DNA of 64,000 bases, taken from contig CP055307.1 of the NCBI GenBank assembly GCA_013374835.1, positions 813,304 to 877,303 of the forward strand, in the 5' to 3' direction. The number at the start of each line of letters is the position of its first letter. Position 1 is the stretch's first letter. The stretch comes from Candidatus Woesebacteria bacterium. Its GTDB lineage: Bacteria; Patescibacteriota; Microgenomatia; UBA8517. A program made the translations under genes and the position numbers. The notes beneath the pieces were generated by a model that saw nothing but the letters and a program-made list of their open reading frames with translations, did not search any database and was not told where the DNA came from. This document shows, one piece after another, positions 20,943 through 30,451 of the stretch.

Positions 20943-22046
20943 TTACTCTATTAGGCTGTCTACAAATTCCGAAAGCGAATTTGCGGATAAAAGTTTTGGA
21001 ATTTCGCCCGCTGTAACTAAAAGCATTAGGAAAAGAAGAACCACCATGCCGGCTATATGAATTGATGATTCAATTTTGGGGAGTATTTTTTTGCCAAGAG
21101 CCGCTTCGATTGATATCAAAAGTACCCGCCCGCCGTCCAACGGAGGAAATGGAATTAAATTCACAAGCGCTAAATTTATTGATATTATTCCGACAAATTC
21201 GATAAGGGGCAGTAATCCTATACTTGCTACTTCTGCTATAAATACCGTCACACCAAGAGGGCCCGCTATTCCCTTTGGCTTTTGTCCTTTGAAAAGTTCG
21301 GAAAAAATAAACTCAAAGCCGGCTATTGTTTTTTCGGAAACATATGCTGCTTTTTGTGCTCCATATTTTGTATAAACGAAAGGTCTTTCAATAACTGGGG
21401 GGTAGTAAATCTCATGTGGTATAAATTGAATACCAAGAAGCCCTTCACCTTCTGGTGATTCTAATCTTATAACTAATTCCACATCTTTGGTCTTTGTAAT
21501 ACCATCCGCTTGGGATTCTACTTTTAGCATTACTGCTTTTCCTTTGTTTTTTGCTATCAGATCCGGAAAATATTCATAGTCCAGATTTTTTTTGCCGTTA
21601 AATTCTACTATCACGTCACCTTTTTTGAGACCTGCGACTTCGGCGGGTGAAGTAACTGAAACATCGGTAATTTGTACTCCGCGCGGAATACCTGTGTACC
21701 AGTATATTATCGAAAAACAAATTATTGCGAAAAGAAAATTCATTAAAATTCCTGCTATTGATATAAAAACTCTTATAAGCTTTGATTTATTAACAAAGGC
21801 TTTTTTCGGTTTAGTTACTCTATCTTCGCCGGACTCACCGTGAAGCCTTACAAAACCTCCAATCGGGAGTGCGTTTAGAGAATAAATAGTACTTCCTATC
21901 TTGACTCCCCAAATCCTTGGAGGAAGACCTATACCAAATTCTTCAACCCACACTCCAAAGAGCTTTGCGACCAAATAATGGCCAAGTTCATGGATGAGTA
22001 TGAGTACAGAAAGAGAAATGACTGCGATTATTATTAAAGAAATCAT
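20943..22046 (-). CDS. rseP: RIP metalloprotease RseP with PDZ domain
   Basis: HELGH, LP.GGFV, NLIPFPPLDGG. Confidence 0.93.
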   Translation of the reverse strand: MISLIIIAVISLSVLILIHELGHYLVAKLFGVWVEEFGIGLPPRIWGVKIGSTIYSLNALPIGGFVRLHGESGEDRVTKPKKAFVNKSKLIRVFISIAGILMNFLFAIICFSIIYWYTGIPRGVQITDVSVTSPAEVAGLKKGDVIVEFNGKKNLDYEYFPDLIAKNKGKAVMLKVESQADGITKTKDVELVIRLESPEGEGLLGIQFIPHEIYYPPVIERPFVYTKYGAQKAAYVSEKTIAGFEFIFSELFKGQKPKGIAGPLGVTVFIAEVASIGLLPLIEFVGIISINLALVNLIPFPPLDGGRVLLISIEAALGKKILPKIESSIHIAGMVVLLFLMLLVTAGEIPKLLSANSLSEFVDSLIE

Positions 22047-22047
22047 A

Positions 22048-22599
22048 TTAACCTAGAAGTTCTTTTTCTTTTGCCTCCCCCAGTTCGTCTAATAATTTAT
22101 TGTATTTATCGACCAAATTTTGGATACTTTTTTCATGCTGGAATCTTTCGTCTTCTGAGATTTGTTTTTTTTCAAAGCTATCTCGAACTGCGTTTATTGC
22201 ATCAACTCTTATTCTTCTTATCATTATTTTACCCTGTTCGAGCTTTGAGTTTAGCAGTTTAACAAATTTTTGTCTGTCCTCTGTTGTAAGAGGCGGAATT
22301 GAAATTCTAATAATATCACCGTCTATTGAGGGGTTAAAGCCTAAGTTTGCAGCAATAATTCCTTTTCTAATATCGCCGATTATTGATTTATCCCATGGGT
22401 CGATAACTATTGTCTGGGGATCGGGCGATGTAATTGAGGAAAGCTCGATTAATTTTAGTTTTTGTGTGCCGCCATAAGCGTCTATTATGATATTTTCTAC
22501 AAGTGAAGGAGTTGCGCGACCTGTTCTTATGCCCGCAATATCGGACTTAATAAGATTAACAACCTCATCCATCTCATGCTTAATCTTGGCTTCATCCAT
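22048..22599 (-). CDS. frr: Ribosome recycling factor
   Basis: IRTGRATP.L, IPPLT.E.R. Confidence 0.97.
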   Translation of the reverse strand: MDEAKIKHEMDEVVNLIKSDIAGIRTGRATPSLVENIIIDAYGGTQKLKLIELSSITSPDPQTIVIDPWDKSIIGDIRKGIIAANLGFNPSIDGDIIRISIPPLTTEDRQKFVKLLNSKLEQGKIMIRRIRVDAINAVRDSFEKKQISEDERFQHEKSIQNLVDKYNKLLDELGEAKEKELLG

Positions 22600-22634
22600 C
22601 TTTGGTTATTATAGCACGAAATAATTTCAAAAAA

Positions 22635-23093
22635 TTATTTACCTATCTCAATTCTCTTAAAACGCCCGAGGCGGATATTCTCTCCGGTTTTTGTAATTGT
22701 TTCTTTTATTAGATCTTCGACCTTTTTTGCAGGGTCTTTAATAAAATCCTGGCTTAGGAGCTCTTTTTCATTTTTGGGGTCCATAGATGCGACCTGCATT
22801 GCAAGGTCCTCACCTAAATTTTGAAAAAGCTCGTTTTTGGCGACAAAATCAGTTTCAACAAGAAGCTCAAGCATACTTGCCACTTTGCCCGTGTGGTGTC
22901 TGTAAACAAAAACAGAGCCTTGGGTAGTATCTCTGTCAGCTCTTTTTAAAACCTTTTCAAATCCTTCTTTTTTGAGAATTTCTATGGCTTTTTTTTCGCT
23001 TCCACCAACTTCTTCCAAAACCTGTTTTACCCTCATTACGGGAGCACCTGTTTCGTCTCTTAATTTTCGTATCTGATCACTATTTATCGCCAT
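22635..23093 (-). CDS. tsf: Elongation factor Ts (short form)
   Basis: LR..TGA..M, ETDFVA, LAMQVA, GENI...RF.R. Confidence 0.95.
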   Translation of the reverse strand: MAINSDQIRKLRDETGAPVMRVKQVLEEVGGSEKKAIEILKKEGFEKVLKRADRDTTQGSVFVYRHHTGKVASMLELLVETDFVAKNELFQNLGEDLAMQVASMDPKNEKELLSQDFIKDPAKKVEDLIKETITKTGENIRLGRFKRIEIGK

Positions 23094-23796
23094 TTTTTTT
23101 GAGTTTCTTGTCTTTTCCTTTTCCATCTAAAACCGCTTGACAGAAAAGATCGAGTACATATTCAATCGCTTTTGTCGCGTCGTCATTCATTGGAACAGGC
23201 CAGTTAACGCCTTCCGGGTCCGCGTTTGAATCTACAACTCCGACGATCGGTATTCCAAGCTTATTTGCCTCTTTAACTGCCATAGATTCTTTGTGCGTAT
23301 CCAAAATTACAAGAAGATCAGGCAAGTCTTTCAGGCCGACTATTCCACCAAAATTTTTTTCAAGCTTTTCGATTTGACGAGTCATTAAGAGTCTCTCTTT
23401 TTTTGTGTAGCCTTCTTTTTTGGCAACCTTTATTTTTTCCTTAAGGTCGTTTAGATTTTTGATAGATTTGACGATTTGATCAAAATTCGTAAGTGTACCC
23501 CCAAGCCATCTTTCATTTATATAAGGACAAGAAGTTTTCTCGGCTATTTCTTTTATTTTATCTTTAGCTTGCTTTTTGGTTCCAACAAGAAGGATTGTTT
23601 TGCCGCGTGAGGAAAAGTCTTTAATTGCTTCCAAAGCCTCTTTGAGCAGCTCGTGAGTTTTGATTAAATCAAATACGTAAACTCCGTCTTTAACTGTGTA
23701 CATAAAAGGCTTCATTTTAGGATTCCAACGCTTATATTGGTGTCCAAAATGAGCACCTACTTCAAGCAGCTTATCTAGTGACAATTCGGTTGACAT
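23080..23796 (-). CDS. rpsB: 30S ribosomal protein S2
   Basis: GAHFGH...WNPKM, RWLGG.LTN, DSNADP, NDDA; GGAGG SD before ATG 23796. Confidence 0.98.
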   Translation of the reverse strand: MSTELSLDKLLEVGAHFGHQYKRWNPKMKPFMYTVKDGVYVFDLIKTHELLKEALEAIKDFSSRGKTILLVGTKKQAKDKIKEIAEKTSCPYINERWLGGTLTNFDQIVKSIKNLNDLKEKIKVAKKEGYTKKERLLMTRQIEKLEKNFGGIVGLKDLPDLLVILDTHKESMAVKEANKLGIPIVGVVDSNADPEGVNWPVPMNDDATKAIEYVLDLFCQAVLDGKGKDKKLKKNGDK

Positions 23797-23812
23797 ATAT
23801 TTACCTCCTTGG

Positions 23813-23861
23813 TCCTCCACTTGCCAGAAGTAATTCAGGAGGTTTCCGGCAAGTGTGTGTT
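23813..23861 (-). promoter_or_regulatory. rpsB leader (t44/S2-binding RNA)
   Basis: Minus strand ACACAC-ACTTGCC...GGCAAGT-GGAGG hairpin with the ACACAC/GUGGAGG ends typical of rpsB leaders; promoter TTGATT-16-TATAAT at 23902-23875. Confidence 0.75.
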
Positions 23862-24026
23862 TTTGACTTTTATGATTATAGCAGTTTTAAAAACAAAATC
23901 AAAGAGATAATTATTTTCTATCTAATTGGTATTCTTTTTTGCTTTTTCATAGCAGTAAGTGGCTTCGATTAGTTTTTCCAAGAAAACTTGCGTTTACTTT
24001 TTATTATTAGAAACAAGTAAATAATT

Positions 24027-25280
24027 TTATTTGTAGAATAACTTCACTATACACTCAAGTGTATCAATATCTGTTGGATTCAAATAATAACCTTTATGTC
24101 TCATTTCTTCAGCATACCTTCTGCCTTGGGCCTTGAAAAATTTCCCTAGTTTTTCTTGGCCTGCTCGTATTCTGTATTCAACAAAGTCTTTAGTAATTTC
24201 TGCAAGTATCTGACGATCTTCTGAGGTTAAATTTACGAATTGTTCTTTCTCCGACTGAAGTGAGGATATTATGGTATCAATTTTCCAAGTAATACGAGAG
24301 TACTCTTTTCGGATGATTTCGAGTTGATCTGGCGCAATGTCATTGTTGTATGTCATTATAACAAACGGTAAGTATCTAGCTACAAAACCTAAGCCAATGC
24401 TTTTAGCCTTTTCAAGAGAAATAATTGGTATTTTGGGCAGCAATAGATAAGTATGGTGGAAACCACTTGTTAATAAAGATGTATAGGGAATATTATGTGT
24501 TGCCACTACGGCGCCTTGAGCTAGCGTCAATTCAGATAATTCATACTTTTCTACAATCAGTTCGGGCATGAGCGCAACACCTATTTTTGGATCTAAGACA
24601 TATCCTTCTAGGCCAATTGAATCTAGGGGCAAACCATATTCTCTTACCCTTGAAATCATAACTCTTGGTGGCAATTGATAAAAAAAGCTACGCACATGTT
24701 TAGTATTTTTAGGGTAAATAATTTTGTCTTTTATTAAAGCTTCTCTGTCCTTTGGAATATCTACCATTAAGACGTTTCTTTTTTCTGAATGAAAACGACG
24801 ATTTCCACATACAGTGCAAGAGTTTAAACTAATACTATCAACCGATTGCATGTAACCACAGGCGTTACAAATGTTTACACTCACAGAATCTATATAGATA
24901 ACGCCAGAAGTAAAAAGCAGTCCAATTTTTTTCTCAAGCCAGGTTTTTGTGGTGTCATCATCATCTCTAATTATATCTCTCCCTTCTTTCGGGATTCCTA
25001 ATTCTTTTAAAATATTGTATTTATCAATTAGAAGTGAGGTAGAAAAATCTCTTCTAGATTTATATCGATCTTGCTGGGCTGAAAATGCCTTGTCCATTCT
25101 CACGCCTACACAATTCCATAAATCTACTCTAGGTATTTTCCTTCCAGATTCATATTCGACTACTCTAGTTATATTTTCGGCCACAAGCATAGGAATGAAA
25201 CGATGAACAACTCTCTCGTTTCTCGTGTCAAGGTTCTCAGCCGCTGATGCAGTAATTATTTTCTGCTCAGACTCTATCAT
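24027..25280 (-). CDS. Methionyl-tRNA-synthetase-like protein lacking HIGH and KMSKS motifs
   Basis: Colinear with MetRS by eye: VAENITR, LGI..DIIRD, GVIY, CxxC-x13-CxxCG knuckle, IYP, ISR..YGLPL, ARY, C-terminal helical bundle. Confidence 0.65.
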   Translation of the reverse strand: MIESEQKIITASAAENLDTRNERVVHRFIPMLVAENITRVVEYESGRKIPRVDLWNCVGVRMDKAFSAQQDRYKSRRDFSTSLLIDKYNILKELGIPKEGRDIIRDDDDTTKTWLEKKIGLLFTSGVIYIDSVSVNICNACGYMQSVDSISLNSCTVCGNRRFHSEKRNVLMVDIPKDREALIKDKIIYPKNTKHVRSFFYQLPPRVMISRVREYGLPLDSIGLEGYVLDPKIGVALMPELIVEKYELSELTLAQGAVVATHNIPYTSLLTSGFHHTYLLLPKIPIISLEKAKSIGLGFVARYLPFVIMTYNNDIAPDQLEIIRKEYSRITWKIDTIISSLQSEKEQFVNLTSEDRQILAEITKDFVEYRIRAGQEKLGKFFKAQGRRYAEEMRHKGYYLNPTDIDTLECIVKLFYK

Positions 25281-25401
25281 ATTATTAAAAAAATAACTTT
25301 AAAGCCTATAATAGTCTAAGTTTATTTGTATCTTTACAAAATTAGTTATTATATTTTAAGTATAATTTAATATTCAATTTAACATTAATTAACGGATTTT
25401 T

Positions 25402-26913
25402 ATGAAAAAAGAAGAAAAAATTTGTATATACCAAAATGAAGACGGAAAACTTTATATGCCCGATTCTAGGGTTAATATCCAGAAAAGATACCAGGCCCCA
25501 ATCAATGACGTCTTAAGCTTTTTTAAAAAATTAAACAATAAAAATATATATAGTATTTATTTAAGGGGATCTGTTGTTTTCGGATTGGGAATAAAAAATA
25601 TTTCTGATATTGATTTTTTTATAGTAACTTTAAAGCCATTAACTGATTTTGACATACTAGCAATTAAAAAATATGTTGGTAAGTTAAACAGAAAATATTC
25701 TTTTATAACTAGATTTGACATTGGATATTTTACTTTAGATCAAATATTGTCAATGAAAGAGAATGTTCTGATTAAATTAACTTCGGTATGTTTATATGGT
25801 AAGGATATTAAAGAAGAAATTAAGAACCCCAAGCCTGGTAGAGATGTTGCCATTTCCTTACCACACTTAGAAGAAAAGATGCTAAAAACCAAGAATGAAA
25901 TTAGGGCTGGTCTATACGATAAAACGAACACGAAAGCTATGTGTGTATGGATAATGAAGCACATCGTTAGGTCTGGTTTTGAACTCGTGTCTGAGCGAGA
26001 AAAATGTTTTACCAGGGATTTAGGTTTGTGTTTTGAGAAATTTTCAAAGTATTACTTAGACAAAAAGGGGGATATGCATAAAGCATTAACTCTAGCCTTA
26101 GAACCAACAAATAATACTAAAGTAATAGAAAAAATATTTAGTGGCCTGGGTGATTGGTTAGTGTTTGAAGGGAAAAATTTAGGGCTAATTTCTGTTAATT
26201 GTGATGATATAAATAGAATTGTCACCGAGAAGGTTGAATCTCTTTTTGGCAGAGACAGAATTATTTGCTTGCTGCGTTATGGTCCAAAAATCCAATTTGA
26301 CGGTATATCCCCTGCGGATTTTGATTTTTTATTATTGCTTGATAAATATCAAGACAAAGATTACTTGTTGTTATCATTTTTTAAAAAACTAAATCTTCCG
26401 GTAGAAATATTTATCGACTATAGGGATCAAATTCTTTTAAGGGGAATTAAAAATTATCAAAGAGGTCGACATGGATCATACTTCTTTAAAATTCTTGCTT
26501 CGGCAGACACTTTGTTGGGTAAGAATTTTTATAAAGAAAACGAAAGCGAGTTGGATAGAAACAAAATTAATTCAGATTTGTTATATAGAGTTGAAGAATA
26601 TTTTTATAGAATACAAAAATCTGTAATCGATGAACAGAATTCTAGCAAAAAAGAAATAGAAAAATATTTGGGTAGAATTATAACCGATTTACTTTTAGTG
26701 GCTGGTGATATTCAATTCTCAGACATGCATAGATATCACTACACAAGAGTGATGTCTGACATACTAGAACAGACTAATGTCATAAGCGCTGAAACAAAAA
26801 AATTAATAGCCAAACTTCAATCTAAACCACACGTTGATATCAACCTTTTGAGTAGACTTATCGGTGTATTATATAAACAGTATATAGAAATAAGACAGAA
26901 TACTCGATTATGA
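25402..26913 (+). CDS. Protein with two Pol-beta-superfamily nucleotidyltransferase domains
   Basis: SIYLRGS...SDIDF (domain 1) and LLRYGP...ADFDF (domain 2), each followed by a helical region. Confidence 0.7.
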   Translation: MKKEEKICIYQNEDGKLYMPDSRVNIQKRYQAPINDVLSFFKKLNNKNIYSIYLRGSVVFGLGIKNISDIDFFIVTLKPLTDFDILAIKKYVGKLNRKYSFITRFDIGYFTLDQILSMKENVLIKLTSVCLYGKDIKEEIKNPKPGRDVAISLPHLEEKMLKTKNEIRAGLYDKTNTKAMCVWIMKHIVRSGFELVSEREKCFTRDLGLCFEKFSKYYLDKKGDMHKALTLALEPTNNTKVIEKIFSGLGDWLVFEGKNLGLISVNCDDINRIVTEKVESLFGRDRIICLLRYGPKIQFDGISPADFDFLLLLDKYQDKDYLLLSFFKKLNLPVEIFIDYRDQILLRGIKNYQRGRHGSYFFKILASADTLLGKNFYKENESELDRNKINSDLLYRVEEYFYRIQKSVIDEQNSSKKEIEKYLGRIITDLLLVAGDIQFSDMHRYHYTRVMSDILEQTNVISAETKKLIAKLQSKPHVDINLLSRLIGVLYKQYIEIRQNTRL

Positions 26914-27626
26914 CGACGGTAAAATCATCTCAATATAAAAATTTATATTTTACCTATGCTTTATCAAAGCCAAGGCCTTCTTACAATACGATAATAATTC
27001 TTGACGGCTTGCCAAGCAATCCATCTGTTAAGGATCAGCTAATACAAAAACTATCACAACATGGGCTTGATGTCTTTTTCCCAAGGTATGAGGGAACTTG
27101 GGAATCGAGGGGAGAATTCTTAAAAAAGGCCCCAAGCAAAGCTATTATTGAATTTATCAAAGCGTTGCGAAGCGGCATCATCTTAAATGACAAAAAATAT
27201 ATTGCTCAAAAGATATTTATTTTGGGAGCAAGTTTTGGCGGTGGGGTTGCCTTAGATATTGCCGGTCAAAATATTGCCGATAAGATTTGTACCATCTCGC
27301 CGGTAATAAGTTTTAAAAAGGTTGTCGGAATAGATACTTTAGAAAACTATTTAAGAGTGGTATTCCCTAGGGATTATCGCTTTAATCCAAAAAATTGGCA
27401 TAGACTTTTAGAAGATGATCTGTGGAGCCTAGATGATAACAAAATAAAAAATTCTTCTGATATTTTAATCATAGCCGGAGATGCTGATGATCAGATTAAA
27501 AAGGCTGATATTCTCAAATTTGGGAAAAAGAACAAAATCAGAATTAGTATTTATAATCTTGGCCACATAACCCTGAGTAAGATTACAAAACCTATGTTGG
27601 GAGAAATTTTAGGATTCTTTTCTTAA
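26910..27626 (+). CDS. Alpha/beta-fold hydrolase
   Basis: GLPS oxyanion region, GASFGG nucleophile elbow, AGDADD, GH; ATGA overlap with upstream gene. Confidence 0.8.
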   Translation: MTTVKSSQYKNLYFTYALSKPRPSYNTIIILDGLPSNPSVKDQLIQKLSQHGLDVFFPRYEGTWESRGEFLKKAPSKAIIEFIKALRSGIILNDKKYIAQKIFILGASFGGGVALDIAGQNIADKICTISPVISFKKVVGIDTLENYLRVVFPRDYRFNPKNWHRLLEDDLWSLDDNKIKNSSDILIIAGDADDQIKKADILKFGKKNKIRISIYNLGHITLSKITKPMLGEILGFFS

Positions 27627-27656
27627 TAAAAATATTAGAAAATTTTGTTACTGGAG

Positions 27657-28460
27657 TTAACTACTATCTGCTATTAATAACAGATTTGAAAACAGATTAT
27701 AAATAGTAACAGGCCCAACTCCTCCCGGTACGGGGGTGACAAACGATGCCTTTTTTTTAACAGATTCAAAATCAATATCACCCTTTGGGGATCCTACGTC
27801 TATTAAGACGCTACCTTCTTTAATCATATCTTTGCTGATTAGATTCGGAGTCCCTGTTGCGCTTATAACTACATCTGCCGATTTTGTAATTTCGGCAAGA
27901 TTTTTTGTTTTTGAGTTACATTTAAAAACAATTGTAAATTTTTCTTTTTCAAGCAATTTAACCAAAGCGCTCCCTACCATCCCTCTCGCTCCAACGATCG
28001 CTATAGATGAATTTTTACCAATGTTTGAAGCTTGAGTAAGAATATCAAAGACGGCCTTTGCAGTGGGATGAATATATGAATCGCCCCTTAAACCGTCCAC
28101 ATCTTTTTTTCTTGGAATTGTTTTGATTATTCTGGATTTGTATTTTTTAAGCCTTGCCGGCAACGGAAGCTGAACTAAAATACCATGGACTTTTTTGTCT
28201 TTTCTTACCTTTTTAATGTACTTAATTATTTCTGAAGCTTTTGTTTCCTCTTCGAAAAATTTGGCCGTAAATTTAATACCAACTCTTGCCGCCGCTTTCA
28301 TTTTAAGAGAAACATAAAGAGCACTCGCAGGATCGTTTCCGACCATAACCACAACAAGATGGGGGAAAATTCCGTAATTTCTTTTTAATTCCTCGACTTT
28401 ATTTTTTATTATTGATTCTTCCAGTTCAGCCCATCGACGTCCGTTAAAAATTACTGTCAT
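27657..28460 (-). CDS. folD: Methylene-THF dehydrogenase/cyclohydrolase
   Basis: VG.DPAS..YV..K, GILVQLPLP, KDVDG, TPVPGGVGP.T. Confidence 0.95.
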   Translation of the reverse strand: MTVIFNGRRWAELEESIIKNKVEELKRNYGIFPHLVVVMVGNDPASALYVSLKMKAAARVGIKFTAKFFEEETKASEIIKYIKKVRKDKKVHGILVQLPLPARLKKYKSRIIKTIPRKKDVDGLRGDSYIHPTAKAVFDILTQASNIGKNSSIAIVGARGMVGSALVKLLEKEKFTIVFKCNSKTKNLAEITKSADVVISATGTPNLISKDMIKEGSVLIDVGSPKGDIDFESVKKKASFVTPVPGGVGPVTIYNLFSNLLLIADSS

Positions 28461-28566
28461 ATTCGTTATTTTAGCAAATGATTGGCGACTAATTCTAAAA
28501 AACACAAGTATTGTAACAAAAATAGAGAAAAAAAATAGAAAGCGATATTCCAAGAAATAAGATCTG

Positions 28567-29787
28567 CTATAAGGTGGGGAATTTTCTGCAAAGAGATTTC
28601 ACTTCTTTGTTTATTTTATCTACCGAATCTCCTAAGTAGACTCTATTTATAAAATCCGCTATAAGCATCATTTCTTTCACCCCCATACCCCGCGTTGTAA
28701 CGGCGGGCGTACCAAGTCGAATACCAGAAGGATTGTTCGGTGGATTGGGGTCACCGGGAATAGAATTATAGTTAACTATAATTCCTGCTTTTTCTAATTT
28801 TATCGAAAATTCCTTTCCCAAAACGCCTTTTTGCCTAAGATCTATAAGAATAATATGATTATCTGTCCCCCCCGAAACAAGATCAAAACCTTTAGATTTA
28901 AGCTCTTTTGCTAGGGTTTTCGAATTTATGATAATTTGTTTGACATATTTTTTGAAGCTCTCTGACTGTGCAGCTTTTAAGGCAATAGCAATAGCTGCTG
29001 TTTGGGCGTTGTGCGGACCGCCTTGAAGTCCGGGGAATACTGCCCTATCAATCTTCTTTGCCATATCAGGATCCCGTCGTAAACCCTTTTTTGTCACCAT
29101 TATAAGTGCCCCGCGCGGACCTCTTAAAGTCTTATGAGTCGTTGTGGTAACAACATCTGCATCTCTTACAGGCGACGGATGGACACCGGCTGCCACAAGG
29201 CCAGCAATATGGGAAATATCAGCAAGAAGAATTGCACCCACCTTATCTGCAACTTGCGAAAAAAGTGTCCATTCAAGTTTTCTCGGATATGAGGTAGTAC
29301 CTGCGATAATTATTTTTGGTTTAACTTTTTTGGCGAGTTTTTCAAGCGCTTCGTAATCAATAAAACCATCTGCGCCAACTTCATACTGAAAACTCTGAAA
29401 AAATTTACCTGAAAAAGTAATTTTTGGGTGACCGTGGGTAAGATGGCCCCCTGAGGATAATGCAAGACCTAGGATTTTATCACCCGGATTAAGAAGCGCC
29501 ATATAAACTGCCGAGTTTGCCGGTGAGCCTGAATAGCTTTGTACGTTTGCATAAGGAACACAAAACAACTTTTTAGCTGTTTCAATTGCAATGCTTTCTA
29601 TCTGATCAATGTATTTATTTCCTTGATAGTAGCGCTTTCCTGGATATCCTTCTGAGTACTTATTATTAAGCATACTACAAAGAGCCTGCCTTACTTCCTT
29701 CGGCGCATAATTTTCAGAGGGAATTAGCATTAAGGTTTCTTTCTGCCGCTTTTCTTCTTTTCTGATTAAATTTTTAATTTTCGTCAT
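28567..29787 (-). CDS. glyA: Serine hydroxymethyltransferase
   Basis: LIPSEN, KYSEGYPG.RYY, TTTTHKTLRGPRG. Confidence 0.98.
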   Translation of the reverse strand: MTKIKNLIRKEEKRQKETLMLIPSENYAPKEVRQALCSMLNNKYSEGYPGKRYYQGNKYIDQIESIAIETAKKLFCVPYANVQSYSGSPANSAVYMALLNPGDKILGLALSSGGHLTHGHPKITFSGKFFQSFQYEVGADGFIDYEALEKLAKKVKPKIIIAGTTSYPRKLEWTLFSQVADKVGAILLADISHIAGLVAAGVHPSPVRDADVVTTTTHKTLRGPRGALIMVTKKGLRRDPDMAKKIDRAVFPGLQGGPHNAQTAAIAIALKAAQSESFKKYVKQIIINSKTLAKELKSKGFDLVSGGTDNHIILIDLRQKGVLGKEFSIKLEKAGIIVNYNSIPGDPNPPNNPSGIRLGTPAVTTRGMGVKEMMLIADFINRVYLGDSVDKINKEVKSLCRKFPTL

Positions 29788-30422
29788 TTTTCAAATATTT
29801 TATCGAGTATTCTTGAGATTTCTTGTGATACTTGTTTAACAGATACTTCTCCATCTACGACAAACCAATCAAGGCCTCCCCAGTTGTCTCTTGCCATTTC
29901 TCTATAGGCATTAACCAGTTTTTGCATATATTCAATCCCTTCTTTGTCAAATGGGTCATTATCTTTTTGTTCTTTGCTTTTTCTTTGAATTGCACACTGT
30001 GCGTTTACATCGAGAAGAATAACCGCGTCTGGAAGATGTTCATCCATTACTACCTTAGATATTTCTATTATCTGATTCATATCCCCACCTTCAGCATAAC
30101 CTTGATAGGCGGCTGTTGAGGTGTGGCTTCTGTCTGTTAGTATAGATACTCCTTCACTTATATTTGGGGTAACCACTTCATCGAGCCAAAGCTTTCTGGC
30201 GGCAAAAAAAAGAGCCACTTGCCCCTCCGGACCGATAAGATTTTTTTCTTTAAGATTGAATATCAGTTCTCGAATTTTTTCAGCGCTTTCTACACCTCCC
30301 GGCTCTCTTGTTACCAACAACCTTATGCCTTTTTCCTGAAGATATTCTTTTGCATGTTTTATTTGTGTTGTTTTTCCGCTTCCTCCTACTCCCTCAAATA
30401 CGATAAATTTTCCTCTTTCCAT
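29784..30422 (-). CDS. tmk: Thymidylate kinase
   Basis: FEG..GSGKTTQ, TREPGG, DR...S..AYQG. Confidence 0.95.
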   Translation of the reverse strand: MERGKFIVFEGVGGSGKTTQIKHAKEYLQEKGIRLLVTREPGGVESAEKIRELIFNLKEKNLIGPEGQVALFFAARKLWLDEVVTPNISEGVSILTDRSHTSTAAYQGYAEGGDMNQIIEISKVVMDEHLPDAVILLDVNAQCAIQRKSKEQKDNDPFDKEGIEYMQKLVNAYREMARDNWGGLDWFVVDGEVSVKQVSQEISRILDKIFEK

Positions 30423-30451
30423 CCTCCCACTATTAATCTAAAATTGGGCTG

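Noticed and set aside
23910-24000. Possible glycosyltransferase C-terminal remnant (KFSWK...YEKA) on the minus strand; ORF 23778-23972
   Set aside because: Needs frameshifts over very few residues; the plus-strand ORF overlaps the rpsB leader and promoter
24027-25280. Annotation as the housekeeping metG
   Set aside because: No HIGH or KMSKS motif and highly diverged amino-acid pocket
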